Shown here: in pieces, positions 11,880 through 21,159 of the stretch
How positions within the stretch are numbered: the stretch's first letter is position 1
Layout of the letters: the number at the start of each line of letters is the position of its first letter
NCBI GenBank assembly: GCA_041389145.1
Contig: JAWKSK010000001.1
Span: forward strand, 27,668-91,667
DNA from: Patescibacteria group bacterium
Lineage (GTDB): Bacteria; Patescibacteriota; Kazan-3B-28
Direction: 5' to 3'
DNA length: 64,000 bases
The notes under the pieces: generated by a model
The model's database searches: none
What the model was told of the DNA's origin: nothing
The model's input: only the letters and a program-made list of their open reading frames with translations
Made by a program: the position numbers and the translations under genes

Positions 11880-12659
11880 TTAGTAGAGGGCAATTCCCTC
11901 TTGGCGCATTAGTTTACGAGATTCTTTATAATTAGGAATAGTTTCGGCAACTAGTTTCCAGAACTTTGGCGAGTGATTGAATTCCTGAAGATGACAGATT
12001 TCATGAACTACCAAATAGTCGACAAGACTGGGTGGCAGGAAGGCAACCCGATAGTTAAAGGATAACACTTTAGTAGCAGAACAACTCCCCCATTGAGTTT
12101 TGGTGTTGTTAATTCTGATCCTGGCATAACGGAACTGATAGTGATCATTGAAATACTCTACCCGCCGGGTTACCAACCTTAGGGCTGCTTCTTTATATGA
12201 AGCATAACTTTTCTTGTCATCGACATGTTGGGTGGAGGTTCTAGATTTGGCATAGGTTTCTTGCTGTTTTTGGATCCAGTCGGCTTTTTCTGCCACAAAT
12301 TTATCGATATCAGATTTAGCTACTCGTTTTGGAGCAGATACATTTACGGAACCATCTGGTTTAACGGTAATACGAATGTGTTTAGAGTTACGATAGTGGC
12401 GAAGGTTGTATTTGGGTAAATCAATGAGGTCTTGTTTTTGACCCCTCCTCCAGCTTTTAATCTCGGCTTCTCGCTTAAGGGCTTCTGATTTAGTGTCATA
12501 TTGTTCACTAAAAACCAGTTCTACAGGTCTTCTAGAACGAGTGTACTTAGCACCAGCTTTGGTTTGATTGTGTTTGGCTATTCTAGCTTCAAGATTGTTA
12601 GTGCTACCTACATAGTAGGTATCATCTGCACATTTTAAGATGTAGACAAAGTAAGGCAT
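11880..12659 (-). CDS. Fusion protein: N-terminal GIY-YIG nuclease domain plus C-terminal YgjP/DUF45-type zinc metallohydrolase
   Basis: FVYILKCADDTYYVGSTNNLEARIAKHN..EAEIKSW (GIY-YIG), then WGSCS and HEICHLQEFNHSPKFW (HExxH, DUF45-like). Confidence 0.8.
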   Translation of the reverse strand: MPYFVYILKCADDTYYVGSTNNLEARIAKHNQTKAGAKYTRSRRPVELVFSEQYDTKSEALKREAEIKSWRRGQKQDLIDLPKYNLRHYRNSKHIRITVKPDGSVNVSAPKRVAKSDIDKFVAEKADWIQKQQETYAKSRTSTQHVDDKKSYASYKEAALRLVTRRVEYFNDHYQFRYARIRINNTKTQWGSCSATKVLSFNYRVAFLPPSLVDYLVVHEICHLQEFNHSPKFWKLVAETIPNYKESRKLMRQEGIALY

Positions 12660-13606
12660 TACTTAGATTTGGGGACCAAGGCAGACCCCAGTTTTTCTAA
12701 TTGAGAGATGAAAGGCAGGGCAAGTAGAACAGAACCAACGTTTACTAAAATGTGAGCATTAGCAAGCAATCTGGCAGGGTTGGCGGTTTCTGGGGTAATA
12801 GCTAGCATAAAGGAAGTGAATTGCGGTAACGTGCTCATGATAATAAGGCCAACTATGAGACTAAAGACAAATGAGGCTCGAGCAACCACCTTTCCAGGCC
12901 TTTTGGTTAGTAGTGAGGCGATGTTTTCAGTAATAGTGGTTCCAATATCTGCTCCCAAGAAGAATGGGATGAGCGATATTGCAGGAACCACACCTGAAAT
13001 AACAAGTGCAAGGGCAATTCCCGTGGAGGCAGAGCTGGACTGAATGACAGCGGTGATGATAATACCGGCCAAAAAGACTGACCAAGGGTTTTGAATTAGA
13101 TCAACAATCTGGAGTTGGAAGGATAGATCCCAAGCGGAAGAAAAGGCATGTGACATGAGAAAGATTCCTAGAAATATCATCCCAACAGTTATAGTTACCA
13201 AGCTTGCGAATCTTAAGGCGTGTCTTTGTTGGCTAAAAAGAAACAGGATAACACCAATAAAGAGAATGTATGGTCCCCAACCAAGGGCTGGTGAGGCAAT
13301 AAACTGATCTAGGATTGTGGTACCAATATTGGCTCCTAAAAAGATTAAGATACCGGATCTGATGGTGATTAGTTTTGAACCTGTAAGAATTACTGCCAAT
13401 GAGGAAATTAAAGAACTGGATTGGACAATAGCAGTTGTCAGTAAACCAGAGCCAAGCGCCACCAATGGGCGCCCGGTTATGTTTTGAAGTCGCTCACGAA
13501 CATGGTCTTTTGCCAATGCTTCTGCGTGTCTAGATAATAGGTAGACACCTAATAGAAAGATGGCGAGACCACTAATTAATATCGGAAGCGGACTATCGAA
13601 TAACAT
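12659..13606 (-). CDS. Na+/phosphate cotransporter family protein
   Basis: 315 aa polytopic protein; duplicated QSSSA/GANIGTT-type motifs (IVQSSSLISS, GANIGTTILD, IQSSSASTG, GADIGTTITE). Confidence 0.85.
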   Translation of the reverse strand: MLFDSPLPILISGLAIFLLGVYLLSRHAEALAKDHVRERLQNITGRPLVALGSGLLTTAIVQSSSLISSLAVILTGSKLITIRSGILIFLGANIGTTILDQFIASPALGWGPYILFIGVILFLFSQQRHALRFASLVTITVGMIFLGIFLMSHAFSSAWDLSFQLQIVDLIQNPWSVFLAGIIITAVIQSSSASTGIALALVISGVVPAISLIPFFLGADIGTTITENIASLLTKRPGKVVARASFVFSLIVGLIIMSTLPQFTSFMLAITPETANPARLLANAHILVNVGSVLLALPFISQLEKLGSALVPKSK

Positions 13607-13640
13607 AGGATGGTTTTTTGGTTATGGCTTTATTATACAT

Positions 13641-13671
13641 TGAAATGAAAAGCAGACCCCGAAGGGTCTGC
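13641..13671 (-). terminator. Intrinsic terminator after 13689-14240
   Basis: Minus strand GCAGACCC-ttcg-GGGTCTGC followed by TTTTCATTTC. Confidence 0.8.
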
Positions 13672-13688
13672 CGGTTTAAAAATTCTGC

Positions 13689-14240
13689 TTAACGCAGATA
13701 ATCCTCCCACTTCTCGCGAAAGCGCTTGAAGTTGAAGTGCTTGACGATGATCAGGCTGGCCTGGTTGTCCACCAAGCGGTAGATAACCAGTGGACTTGTG
13801 GTGCACTCATTGTTGTCGAGGAACCATTCCCCAACGTTGAGGTCTGGGAATTCTCCACCCATAGCTTCGGATGAATAATCCCGGGCTACAATACCGTTTG
13901 CCAGTTTAATCGTGCCTCGATGATCAAGCTCAATGCGCTCATACAGGGGTACGGATGTCCAGAAACTATCGGCGAAATTGACGAACATCCCATCGGCGTG
14001 GTCGCCGGGTTCGTTTTCCACAACACCAACCAAGTTCTCGATTGGCTCATGGAAAGCAACGATGAAGTCTTCTAGCCTCACTATCTCGGAAGGCAGAACC
14101 GTGTCATCTCGATAGATGGTGCGTTCAACGCCTCCACCAATAAGTCTTGAGAAGTATTCCGGCATCGGAATAATCCTCATTGCAGGAAAATCTCTCACAA
14201 GCTTTTCCCACTGCTTTTTTGAAGTAATATGAACCATCAT
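13689..14240 (-). CDS. Hypothetical protein (GC-richer unit); weak SUKH/SMI1-like pattern
   Basis: 183 aa; strong SD GGAGGGGGAG; own promoter and terminator. WEKLVRDFPAMRIIPMPEYFSRLIGGG loosely resembles the SMI1/KNR4 N-terminus. Confidence 0.7.
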   Translation of the reverse strand: MMVHITSKKQWEKLVRDFPAMRIIPMPEYFSRLIGGGVERTIYRDDTVLPSEIVRLEDFIVAFHEPIENLVGVVENEPGDHADGMFVNFADSFWTSVPLYERIELDHRGTIKLANGIVARDYSSEAMGGEFPDLNVGEWFLDNNECTTSPLVIYRLVDNQASLIIVKHFNFKRFREKWEDYLR

Positions 14241-14336
14241 ATTCTCCCCCTCCTGATTTGTACGACGCCTCAGGAAGCCAACGATATACCTCGTAGGAAG
14301 GTGTAATTAAAAGTACGCCCTTACGGGACTGGTAAC

Positions 14337-14365
14337 AATTTACCAATAAATGATGATATGGTCAA
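14337..14365 (-). promoter_or_regulatory. Sigma70-type promoter for 13689-14240
   Basis: Minus strand TTGACC-N17-TAAATT, leaving a roughly 100-nt 5' UTR. Confidence 0.55.
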
Positions 14366-14390
14366 TATTATCCGCTCTGGATGTACATTT

Positions 14391-14414
14391 TTAACGGCTC
14401 ATTATTTTGAGCCG
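14391..14414. repeat. REP-like hairpin, copy 2 (AACGGCTCA-ttattt-TGAGCCGTT), overlapping the dus stop codon
   Basis: Same arms as the copies at 3800 and 45549. Encodes the last codons ..SNGSK* of the dus remnant. Confidence 0.75.
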
Positions 14415-15391
14415 TTGGAGTAAAGGAAGTTTTCTACGATCTGAGAAAGTTGCTCATAATCTGTTGCTTCCATAAGTTCTGCTCTGACCTTAGCGGCACC
14501 ATCAAAGCCGTTAACGTAGGCTTTGTAGTGCTTTTTCATAATATCTAAAGGTTTAATCTCCCCTAATAGATCTATGTAGAGTTTGGTGTGTTCTAACATT
14601 ACACGCAGTTTTTCAGCTACTGGGAGGTTTTCAACATCTACCTCTTCGTTATACAGCCAAGGATTACCAAAAATACCACGGCCAATCATAACTCCATCAC
14701 ATCCAGTCTCCTCTACTCTGGCCTTAGCTTCTTCTAAGTTTTGGACATCCCCATTGCCAAAGATAAGGGGTCGGTCTTTGGGGTCTGGGAAGAGTTCATG
14801 AGCGATTTCTACAGCTCGTTTAATGGTGCCCCATCTTGCAGGAACCTTAGACATTTCATTACGAGTACGGGCATGAATAGTTAATACGGCAGGTTGGGCT
14901 TCAATTAGCATTCTAATCCAGGTTTCGGTTTCGTCTTCACGGTATCCAGATTCAACATAATGTAACGGATACTGTAGATCACCAGCACCTGCCTTAGTAG
15001 CTACAACAACTTTTACTAGTTGTGTAAGTGCTTAATCAATCCAGCTCCAGCTAATGACTTTTCAATATCTTTAGAAGGACATCCTATATTGATATCAATT
15101 CCATCAAAACCAAGCTCTGCTATTGAGAGTTCTGCGGCTTTAGTAAAGTTTGGTTTACCACCAAAGATTTGAGCTACGATAGGTCGCTCTGATTCATCAA
15201 CCAAAGATCCGGTAACAGATTCTTTCCACCCCTCGGCCATCATAACAGACAAATTCGTCCATAAAACAGCGGTTTGCTAGTATTTGGCAATTAATTATCA
15301 ATGCGGCGTCGGTGACATCTGCTATAGGCGCTTGCACCATAATTGGTGTTGGCAAAATTGGCCCAAAATCCTTTGTGGATGCTATTTTCAT
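14402..15391 (-). pseudogene. dus: tRNA-dihydrouridine synthase, disrupted by at least 2 frameshifts
   Basis: Three fragments in different frames: MKIASTKDFGPILPTPIMVQAPIADVTDAA.. (15391 downward), ..ERPIVAQIFGGKP..IDINIGCP.. (15252-15016, ending in TAG TAA), and VKVVVATKAG..LTIHARTR..MIGRGIFGNPW (from about 15010 to 14402). Confidence 0.8.
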
Positions 15392-15412
15392 CCCAAATAA
15401 CCAATATATACT

Positions 15413-15454
15413 ACGGAAAGAAAAGAGGGTCGCTGCGGTGAGCAGCAACCCTCT
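15413..15454 (-). terminator. Strong intrinsic terminator closing the candidate RNA
   Basis: Minus strand AGAGGGTtGCTGC-tcacc-GCAGCgACCCTCT followed by TTTCTTTCC. Confidence 0.8.
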
Positions 15455-15881
15455 GACTTAAACCTTTAACAGGTGTAGCTTGTGGAAACACCTGCATAGG
15501 TAGATCCCCTGGGTATCCCTTAAGTCTATGGAGGAAGCAAGGTATGATACGGTATCTGCTAGAGAAGCTACCGACCGGCAAGCCCGCAGCTTTGCCTTGG
15601 GAGGCGAAGGGGGTTATGGGAAAACGGGAAATTGGAGTAGTTGGTAGCCAAAGCTTGAGTAAAGCCCGGGAGTTGATGACGGGATCACGTTGAATTTGTT
15701 CACCAACTCCCTAGACCTAAGCTTTTGAGGTAGCTTGCGCCCACCAGATACGGGATGGATGACCCGGTGGGGTATTTGTTGATAACTCACTTCAGGTTAC
15801 ATTTGGGGAATGAGTAAAGGGCAGGCTCCAGGTCATGCCTGGTTTATCTTTTTCCTATTTTCCAATCAAGGTTCGTGTGTT
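15455..15881 (-). ncRNA. Candidate structured RNA of unknown class (about 430 nt)
   Basis: No ORF on either strand. Many local helices, e.g. CCAGG/CCUGG, CCCACC..GGUGGG, GGGAGUUG..CAACUCCC, GGCAA..UUGCC, CAGGUG..CACCUG. Extended -10 (TGGTATATT, plus-strand 15888-15896) upstream and a terminator downstream. G-U pairs favour the minus strand. Confidence 0.5.
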
Positions 15882-16540
15882 ACCGGCAATATACCACAAA
15901 ATTATGAGAAAATAAAGACATGAATAAAAATCAATATTGGAATAGGGATTGGCGCATATTGGGAATTATAGTTTGTGGGGTAAAATAAAGAGTAATTCAC
16001 CAGTTGCAGAAATGTTAAAGAAAAGCTTGCCGCAAGTAGTGAGTGGTGAGCAGAAAATATACACTGCACAATTTCCAGGAATAGATAATCATTATAATTT
16101 TGATCTGTAATACCTTCTAGTTGGAAAGCAGAAGCAGTACCTGCGATAGATGCAATTAATTTCTACGATCCAAGAACAGAAGGAAGTAACTTAGAGCAAT
16201 CTCTGAATATTTGTATGTATTTTACAGCAAGTAGATTCCTAACTCACCACCGTGGATATTTTGGAACCAAAGAGAACTTGAGGTAGGAAGACCAGCGGTG
16301 GAATATGAGATTAAAAGCAGCTGGGATTGCTAACTTTGCAAGCTAGCCTAGCTGAGAAGGAACAACATATAGTTATAGATGTTCTAAAGTAACAGCAGCA
16401 ATAGCACATTCTATGTAATTGCAAAAACCCACAGTTAAGTGATGTTGTGTATCAAAGTTTTTAGACAACTTAGATTTAGATCCAAGTGAATGAAATTAGT
16501 TGGGCAGATCCAATTGCAGATTGGAAAAGGAGTGACCAAG

Positions 16541-16975
16541 AAACCGTTTGGAATTTACATCACACCTGCTACGTCCCCAGTTCAACCGAAAGTTTTGAAG
16601 GATATCACACGGCTATCGAGCAGAGTATGAAGATGGTGATGACCTGTCCCATATGTAATTGCTAATGGGAAACAGTTATTGCAAAAGCTGCTCAGGGATA
16701 TGGTAGTGATTGTGATAGACTACAGACCTTGGGCTGAAGTATATTCCTATATGCATATACAACAATCGATGTACTACTGACCAAGGGCAGGAACTATAGT
16801 TGGAGCAGGTGAAGAGATAGGAACATTAGCAGAGGGCTTTACACGCGCTTCTGGTGGTGAGAGAAAGCATCTGCATTTTGGAATGATAACAAATACCCAA
16901 CCACTATTGGCTGGGTATGTTGCAAATGAGTCAGAACTTACAAGCTGGTTAGATCCAGCAACAATTTTAGACTAG
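16541..16975 (+). pseudogene. M23 (LytM) family metallopeptidase remnant
   Basis: Own translation gives ESFEGYHTAIE (HxxxD-like), ..VIVIDYRPWAEVYSYMH.., an in-frame TGA at 16778, then AGTIVGAGEEIGTLAEGF..GGERKHLHFGMI. Several stops and frame changes. Region 15900-16540 is also ORF-free and probably the decayed N-terminus. Confidence 0.7.
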
Positions 16976-17215
16976 GTTAAGTTCAACGAGTCGATAAATT
17001 GTAATTGCTCCCCAGGCAAATTGCATAGCCAACACTCCGTAGGCTTTTTTGCGATAGACAGAAGCCCCAATTAAGACTGGAGGAAATAGATTCATAATCC
17101 AGTAGCCTTGATCCTGAGTGGTAAAGAAACTAGAGGCGAGTAAGAAATATGCGGAGAGGGCAATAATGGCCCCAATCCAATCAAGATGAGGCACTAGTTT
17201 GTTAATGGTTTTCAT
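16967..17215 (-). CDS. Small 3-TM membrane protein
   Basis: 82 aa hydrophobic protein, immediately downstream of the ABC transporter gene. Confidence 0.6.
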   Translation of the reverse strand: MKTINKLVPHLDWIGAIIALSAYFLLASSFFTTQDQGYWIMNLFPPVLIGASVYRKKAYGVLAMQFAWGAITIYRLVELNLV

Positions 17216-17229
17216 GAGCTAATTATACC

Positions 17230-19011
17230 CTAACTTTCAGCAGATTGCTGACGCCAGAGAGCTTGGTATAGCCCTTGTTTATCAATGAGTTGTTGATGGC
17301 TTCCGGATTCAACCACTCTTCCCTTCTCCATAACGTAGATTGTGTTGGCATGAGAAATAGTAGAAAGGCGGTGAGCAACCATGATGGTGATGAGGTCTGG
17401 ATGTTGGGTGGTTACATGTTTAATGGTTTCAGTAATTTCTGATTCGGTAATGGAATCAAGGGCTGAGGTTGCCTCATCAAAGATTAAAACTTCTGGGTTG
17501 CGGAGTAGAGCTCGAGCGATGGCTAAGCGCTGTTTTTCACCACCAGATAGTTTAACTCCCCCTTCACCAATCTTTGTATCAAGACCATTGGCACCTTCTT
17601 TAGAAATAATTGGCATAGCTTGGGCAGATGCCAACACTTCTAAACACTGTTGGTCGGTAGCGGCAGGGTTTACGAATTTAAGGTTTTCTCTAATGGTTCC
17701 GACAAATAGCTGTGTTTCCTGGGAGACAAATCCAACTTTACGACGGAAAATATCTAAATCAATTTGAGAGGTTGGAATGTTGTTAATCAGAATTTGACCG
17801 GTGGTTGGCTGATAGAGACCAACTAGGAGTTTTACTAAGGTTGATTTACCAGAACCTGAAGGACCAACTAGAGCAATTGTCTGACCGGCATTAATATCAA
17901 TAGAGATATCTTTAAGAGAAGCTCCAAGTTCTGGAGAGTAGGTAAAGTTGAGGTCTTTAATTTGGATATGATTTACAACACCAGTTTCTTTGGTATCGGT
18001 AGGCTTTGGTTCTGGCTCTTTGTTAAGAATAGTCTCCAACTGCTCAAGACTAGCTTTAGCTTCCTGGTACTGGGAGGAAACATTTCCAAGTTCAGCTAAT
18101 GGACCAAAGATGAAGAAGGAGTAGAAGAGCAAGCTAAAGAGCTGTCCGAGAGATAGATCTCCAGTTGAGATAAGCCAAAGCATGAGGAATAAAATAGAAC
18201 CACGGGAGGCGTTGATAATAGTTCCCTGTAGGAAGCTTAGAGTTCTAATAACTCTAATCTTGTATAGTTCTAGGTCTAAGATTTTGGAGTTAACCGTGTT
18301 TAGTCTGGTTACCTCTTGGTTTTCTAAACCAAGACTTTTTACCAGTTCTACGTTTCTTAAGGTTTCGGTAGTGGATCCAGAAAGTTCTGCGGTTTGAGCA
18401 ACGATAGTTTTTTGAAGTGTTCTAATCCTCCTAGTAAGCAAGAAGGTGGAAACTCCAAGAACCGGAATAAGCAAGGTGTATGCAGCCCCTACCCGCCAAT
18501 CTACATAAAAGGCATACCCCAGAACAAAAACGATACCAACTAATGAGAGGAACATGACGTTGACGAAGTTGGTGATCATGATCTGTACATCATTTCTGGC
18601 CTTTTGGAGCTTTAATAAAAGTTCACCAGAGCTATGATCTTCAAATTCACTGTAGGCTAAGGAGAAGGCATGGGCTACCGAATACTCATAGAGCTGTGTG
18701 GATACCTTCTGAGTAATAAAGTTGACGTAGTAGTCTTGGAAGTTCTTGGCGAGTCTTGAAACAAATGCCACACCAACAGATGCAAGCATCAACCAAAGCA
18801 CACCTCGAAGAAAGACCTCAGGTGTTAGTTCGTTAGCCTTAGTGGCATAGTTGTCGACCAACAGTCTAAAGATCTGTGGGTCAAGCAAAGAAAATACTTG
18901 GTTGATGGTGGCTAAAACTAGGGCCAGCACCATGTACCACTTATATGGCCTTAAAAATGAGAAGATTAATTTCACAAAAGGATTATATGGTTTGAGATAA
19001 GGGTTTGGCAA
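17230..19011 (-). CDS. ABC transporter, fused permease/ATP-binding (MsbA-like exporter)
   Basis: 593 aa; Walker A GPSGSGKST, signature LSGGEKQR, Walker B LIFDEATSALD; 6 N-terminal TM helices. Confidence 0.93.
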   Translation of the reverse strand: MPNPYLKPYNPFVKLIFSFLRPYKWYMVLALVLATINQVFSLLDPQIFRLLVDNYATKANELTPEVFLRGVLWLMLASVGVAFVSRLAKNFQDYYVNFITQKVSTQLYEYSVAHAFSLAYSEFEDHSSGELLLKLQKARNDVQIMITNFVNVMFLSLVGIVFVLGYAFYVDWRVGAAYTLLIPVLGVSTFLLTRRIRTLQKTIVAQTAELSGSTTETLRNVELVKSLGLENQEVTRLNTVNSKILDLELYKIRVIRTLSFLQGTIINASRGSILFLMLWLISTGDLSLGQLFSLLFYSFFIFGPLAELGNVSSQYQEAKASLEQLETILNKEPEPKPTDTKETGVVNHIQIKDLNFTYSPELGASLKDISIDINAGQTIALVGPSGSGKSTLVKLLVGLYQPTTGQILINNIPTSQIDLDIFRRKVGFVSQETQLFVGTIRENLKFVNPAATDQQCLEVLASAQAMPIISKEGANGLDTKIGEGGVKLSGGEKQRLAIARALLRNPEVLIFDEATSALDSITESEITETIKHVTTQHPDLITIMVAHRLSTISHANTIYVMEKGRVVESGSHQQLIDKQGLYQALWRQQSAES

Positions 19012-19088
19012 ATTTTGTTTAGTTTTGATAATCTGATAATTATCCGCCTAGTGGCAAATATTTACGGTTTTTAATATTAATCAAAGAA

Positions 19089-20486
19089 ATGAAACAATTT
19101 ATGTTAAAGGCATCCCTCTGGATGGGTTTAGGGTTAGCCTTGTTCCCAAATGTCAGTTTTGCAGCAGAAGAAGCAGTGAATAGCCATGGTGGCGATTTCC
19201 CACTGCTATTTTTATTTTTGATTATCATGCTGTTGTTTGCTCGAATTGGAGCACTTGCTGAAAGAATGCATCAACCAGCGGTATTAGGTGAATTGGTGAT
19301 GGGAATTGTGTTAGGTGCGTTAGCATTTATCCCTTGGTTTCATCAGATAGAGTTGTTTAAAACCAATGAGTTTATTAAGGATATTGCTGAAATTGGAGTA
19401 ATTTTACTGCTATTTAGAGCCGGCTTGGAATCAAATATTGGAGAGATGAAGAAAGTAGGACTAAGGGCTACAAGTGTAGCATTATTGGGAGTAGTAGCAC
19501 CATTTTTGGGAGGTTGGTGGATTAGCAAACTATTGTTACCCGAATTAGACAACACCACTCACCTATTTATTGGAGCTACGTTAACTGCTACTTCAGTAGG
19601 GATTACTGCTCGTGTATTTAAGGACCTAAACTTCATGAAAGCCTTGGAATCAAAGATCGTATTAGGAGCTGCCGTAATTGATGATGTGTTAGGTCTTTTA
19701 ATCTTGGCAGTGGTAAGTGGAATTGTGTCAGGAGGTGGCTTAGGAATTGAAGCAATTGGCATCTTATCCTTAAAGGCGCTTGGGTTCTTAGTGGGTGCAA
19801 TTATCTTGGGTCAGTTATTAACACCGGTAATTGGAAAACTTTTATCATCCATTCACACAGGGGTGGGAATGAAGATTGCCATGGCACTCCTCTTCTGTGC
19901 GGTATTTGCATATGGTGCCTCTGCTCTGGCCGGTCTAGCCCCAATTATTGGTGCATTTGCAGCAGGTTTGGTGCTAGACCCAGTTCACTTTAGAGCATTC
20001 TCGGCACCACATATCGTGCATAAGGTACGTCAATGGGCAGATGCGAATGCAGATGTGACTGTAAGAGAAGAGATGCATCTACTAGCTACCCATGAAGAAC
20101 ATGCTCATGTTGAAAACTTAATAGATGGTATTTCACATTTCTTCGTTCCAATCTTCTTTGTCTACACAGGAATGCAGGTGAACTTAGCTGCATTTGCTGA
20201 TGCCAAAACATTAATGTTAGCAATGGCTATTACTGTAGTAGCCGTGGTTGGAAAGATGATTGCTGGTTGGGTAGCTGGAAAAGGAGTTGATGCTAAGATT
20301 ATTGGAATTGGAATGGTACCCCGCGGTGAAGTGGGATTAATCTTTGCCAATATTGGACGCGAACTGGGAGTGGTTAACGATCAAGTATTTGCCATGATGT
20401 TAATTGTGGTTGTTCTGACGACGTTAGTGACTCCACCACTTCTTTCAGTAATGATAGGAAAGAAACATAAACTCGCAACAGCTTAA
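19089..20486 (+). CDS. Cation:proton antiporter (CPA family)
   Basis: 465 aa polytopic protein with a Na+/H+ exchanger-like helix pattern. Confidence 0.8.
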   Translation: MKQFMLKASLWMGLGLALFPNVSFAAEEAVNSHGGDFPLLFLFLIIMLLFARIGALAERMHQPAVLGELVMGIVLGALAFIPWFHQIELFKTNEFIKDIAEIGVILLLFRAGLESNIGEMKKVGLRATSVALLGVVAPFLGGWWISKLLLPELDNTTHLFIGATLTATSVGITARVFKDLNFMKALESKIVLGAAVIDDVLGLLILAVVSGIVSGGGLGIEAIGILSLKALGFLVGAIILGQLLTPVIGKLLSSIHTGVGMKIAMALLFCAVFAYGASALAGLAPIIGAFAAGLVLDPVHFRAFSAPHIVHKVRQWADANADVTVREEMHLLATHEEHAHVENLIDGISHFFVPIFFVYTGMQVNLAAFADAKTLMLAMAITVVAVVGKMIAGWVAGKGVDAKIIGIGMVPRGEVGLIFANIGRELGVVNDQVFAMMLIVVVLTTLVTPPLLSVMIGKKHKLATA

Positions 20487-20530
20487 TTGACTTAACAGGT
20501 GAATTCTCATAAGATTCACCTTGTTATTAA

Positions 20531-20605
20531 TGGGGCGTAGCCAAGTGGTAAGGCAATCGGTTCTGGTCCGATGATGCGTAGGTTCGAATCCTTCCGCCCC
20601 AGCCA
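20531..20605 (+). tRNA. tRNA-Gln (anticodon CTG), CCA encoded
   Basis: Hand-folded cloverleaf: acceptor TGGGGCG/CGCCCCA, anticodon stem ATCGG/CCGAT, loop TTCTGGT, T-loop TTCGAAT, 3' GCCA. Confidence 0.9.
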
Positions 20606-20613
20606 AAAGCAAG

Positions 20614-20640
20614 AAATCCGCTATAGTAGCGGATTTTCTC
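20614..20640 (+). terminator. Terminator after tRNA-Gln
   Basis: AATCCGC-tatagta-GCGGATT followed by TTCTC. Confidence 0.6.
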
Positions 20641-20657
20641 GATGTTATAATGTAATC

Positions 20658-21104
20658 ATGAAGAATTTGTTTAAATTTATTTTTGTTGCAACCCCACTTG
20701 TTCTATTACATATACTTATCCCTTTCTATGTTACAGATTCAAGCGGGAGTCTCTTTGGTTTATCTATGCCTGGTTCTATATCTACAGTATTAACATTTAT
20801 TGTTTACCTCTTGTTGGCATTTCTCGTTTCTTTTTACCTTTTTAAATGGTTAAAACACAAGACCAATATCAGCAAGACTTACCCTAAAGCATGGTGGTTG
20901 CTCATGACTGGTTCTTTGATTATCGGGTTCTTATTAACGGCAATGACTAGCGGAGCTGCTCTTGCCTTGCTATTCTTTGGTGCAAGCGGAGCATCCACAT
21001 CAGCGTTATACTACTTTCTTATAATTATTGAGAGTTTATTGTTCCCAATTCAATTAGGAATTATTGGTGGTGCTTTCATTGCTTATAGGTCGAAGTCGAA
21101 TTGA
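20658..21104 (+). CDS. Hypothetical membrane protein
   Basis: 148 aa from the ATG at 20658 (MKNLFKFIFVATPL..). The longer ORF start at 20571 overlaps the tRNA. 4 TM helices. Confidence 0.65.
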   Translation: MKNLFKFIFVATPLVLLHILIPFYVTDSSGSLFGLSMPGSISTVLTFIVYLLLAFLVSFYLFKWLKHKTNISKTYPKAWWLLMTGSLIIGFLLTAMTSGAALALLFFGASGASTSALYYFLIIIESLLFPIQLGIIGGAFIAYRSKSN

Positions 21105-21129
21105 TGATTGATAAATAAATTCTTTCCTG

Positions 21130-21152
21130 ACTTCCTCAACCAGCCCCAGCCA
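21130..21152. repeat. 23-nt direct repeat ACTTCCTCAACCAGCCCCAGCCA, copy 1
   Basis: Identical to 21471-21493. Shares GCCCCAGCCAA and CTTCC with the 3' end of tRNA-Gln. Confidence 0.85.
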
Positions 21153-21159
21153 ATAAAAG

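Noticed and set aside
15657-15845. RNase P RNA assignment. The plus strand has GAGTAAAGCCCGGGAG and GAGTAAAGGGCAGGCTCC-AGGTCATGCCTGG, which resemble the CR-I GAGGAAAGUCCGGGCUCC and a following hairpin.
   Set aside because: The best match lies at the wrong (3') end for a plus-strand gene. There is no ACAGAA..GGCUUA partner to form P4, and no GGUAAGAGCGCACC-like block. The promoter, terminator and G-U pairs favour the opposite strand. Left as unclassified.
15413-15881. T-box or riboswitch leader controlling dus.
   Set aside because: No T-box sequence (AGGGUGGNACCGCG) or specifier/AG-bulge pattern was seen. At 430 nt it is far longer than known leaders, and dus is itself decayed. It cannot be excluded without a covariance-model search.
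20571-20657. ORF start at 20571, giving MMRRFESFRPSQKQ..
   Set aside because: These codons are the tRNA-Gln 3' half and its terminator. The membrane protein more plausibly starts at 20658.
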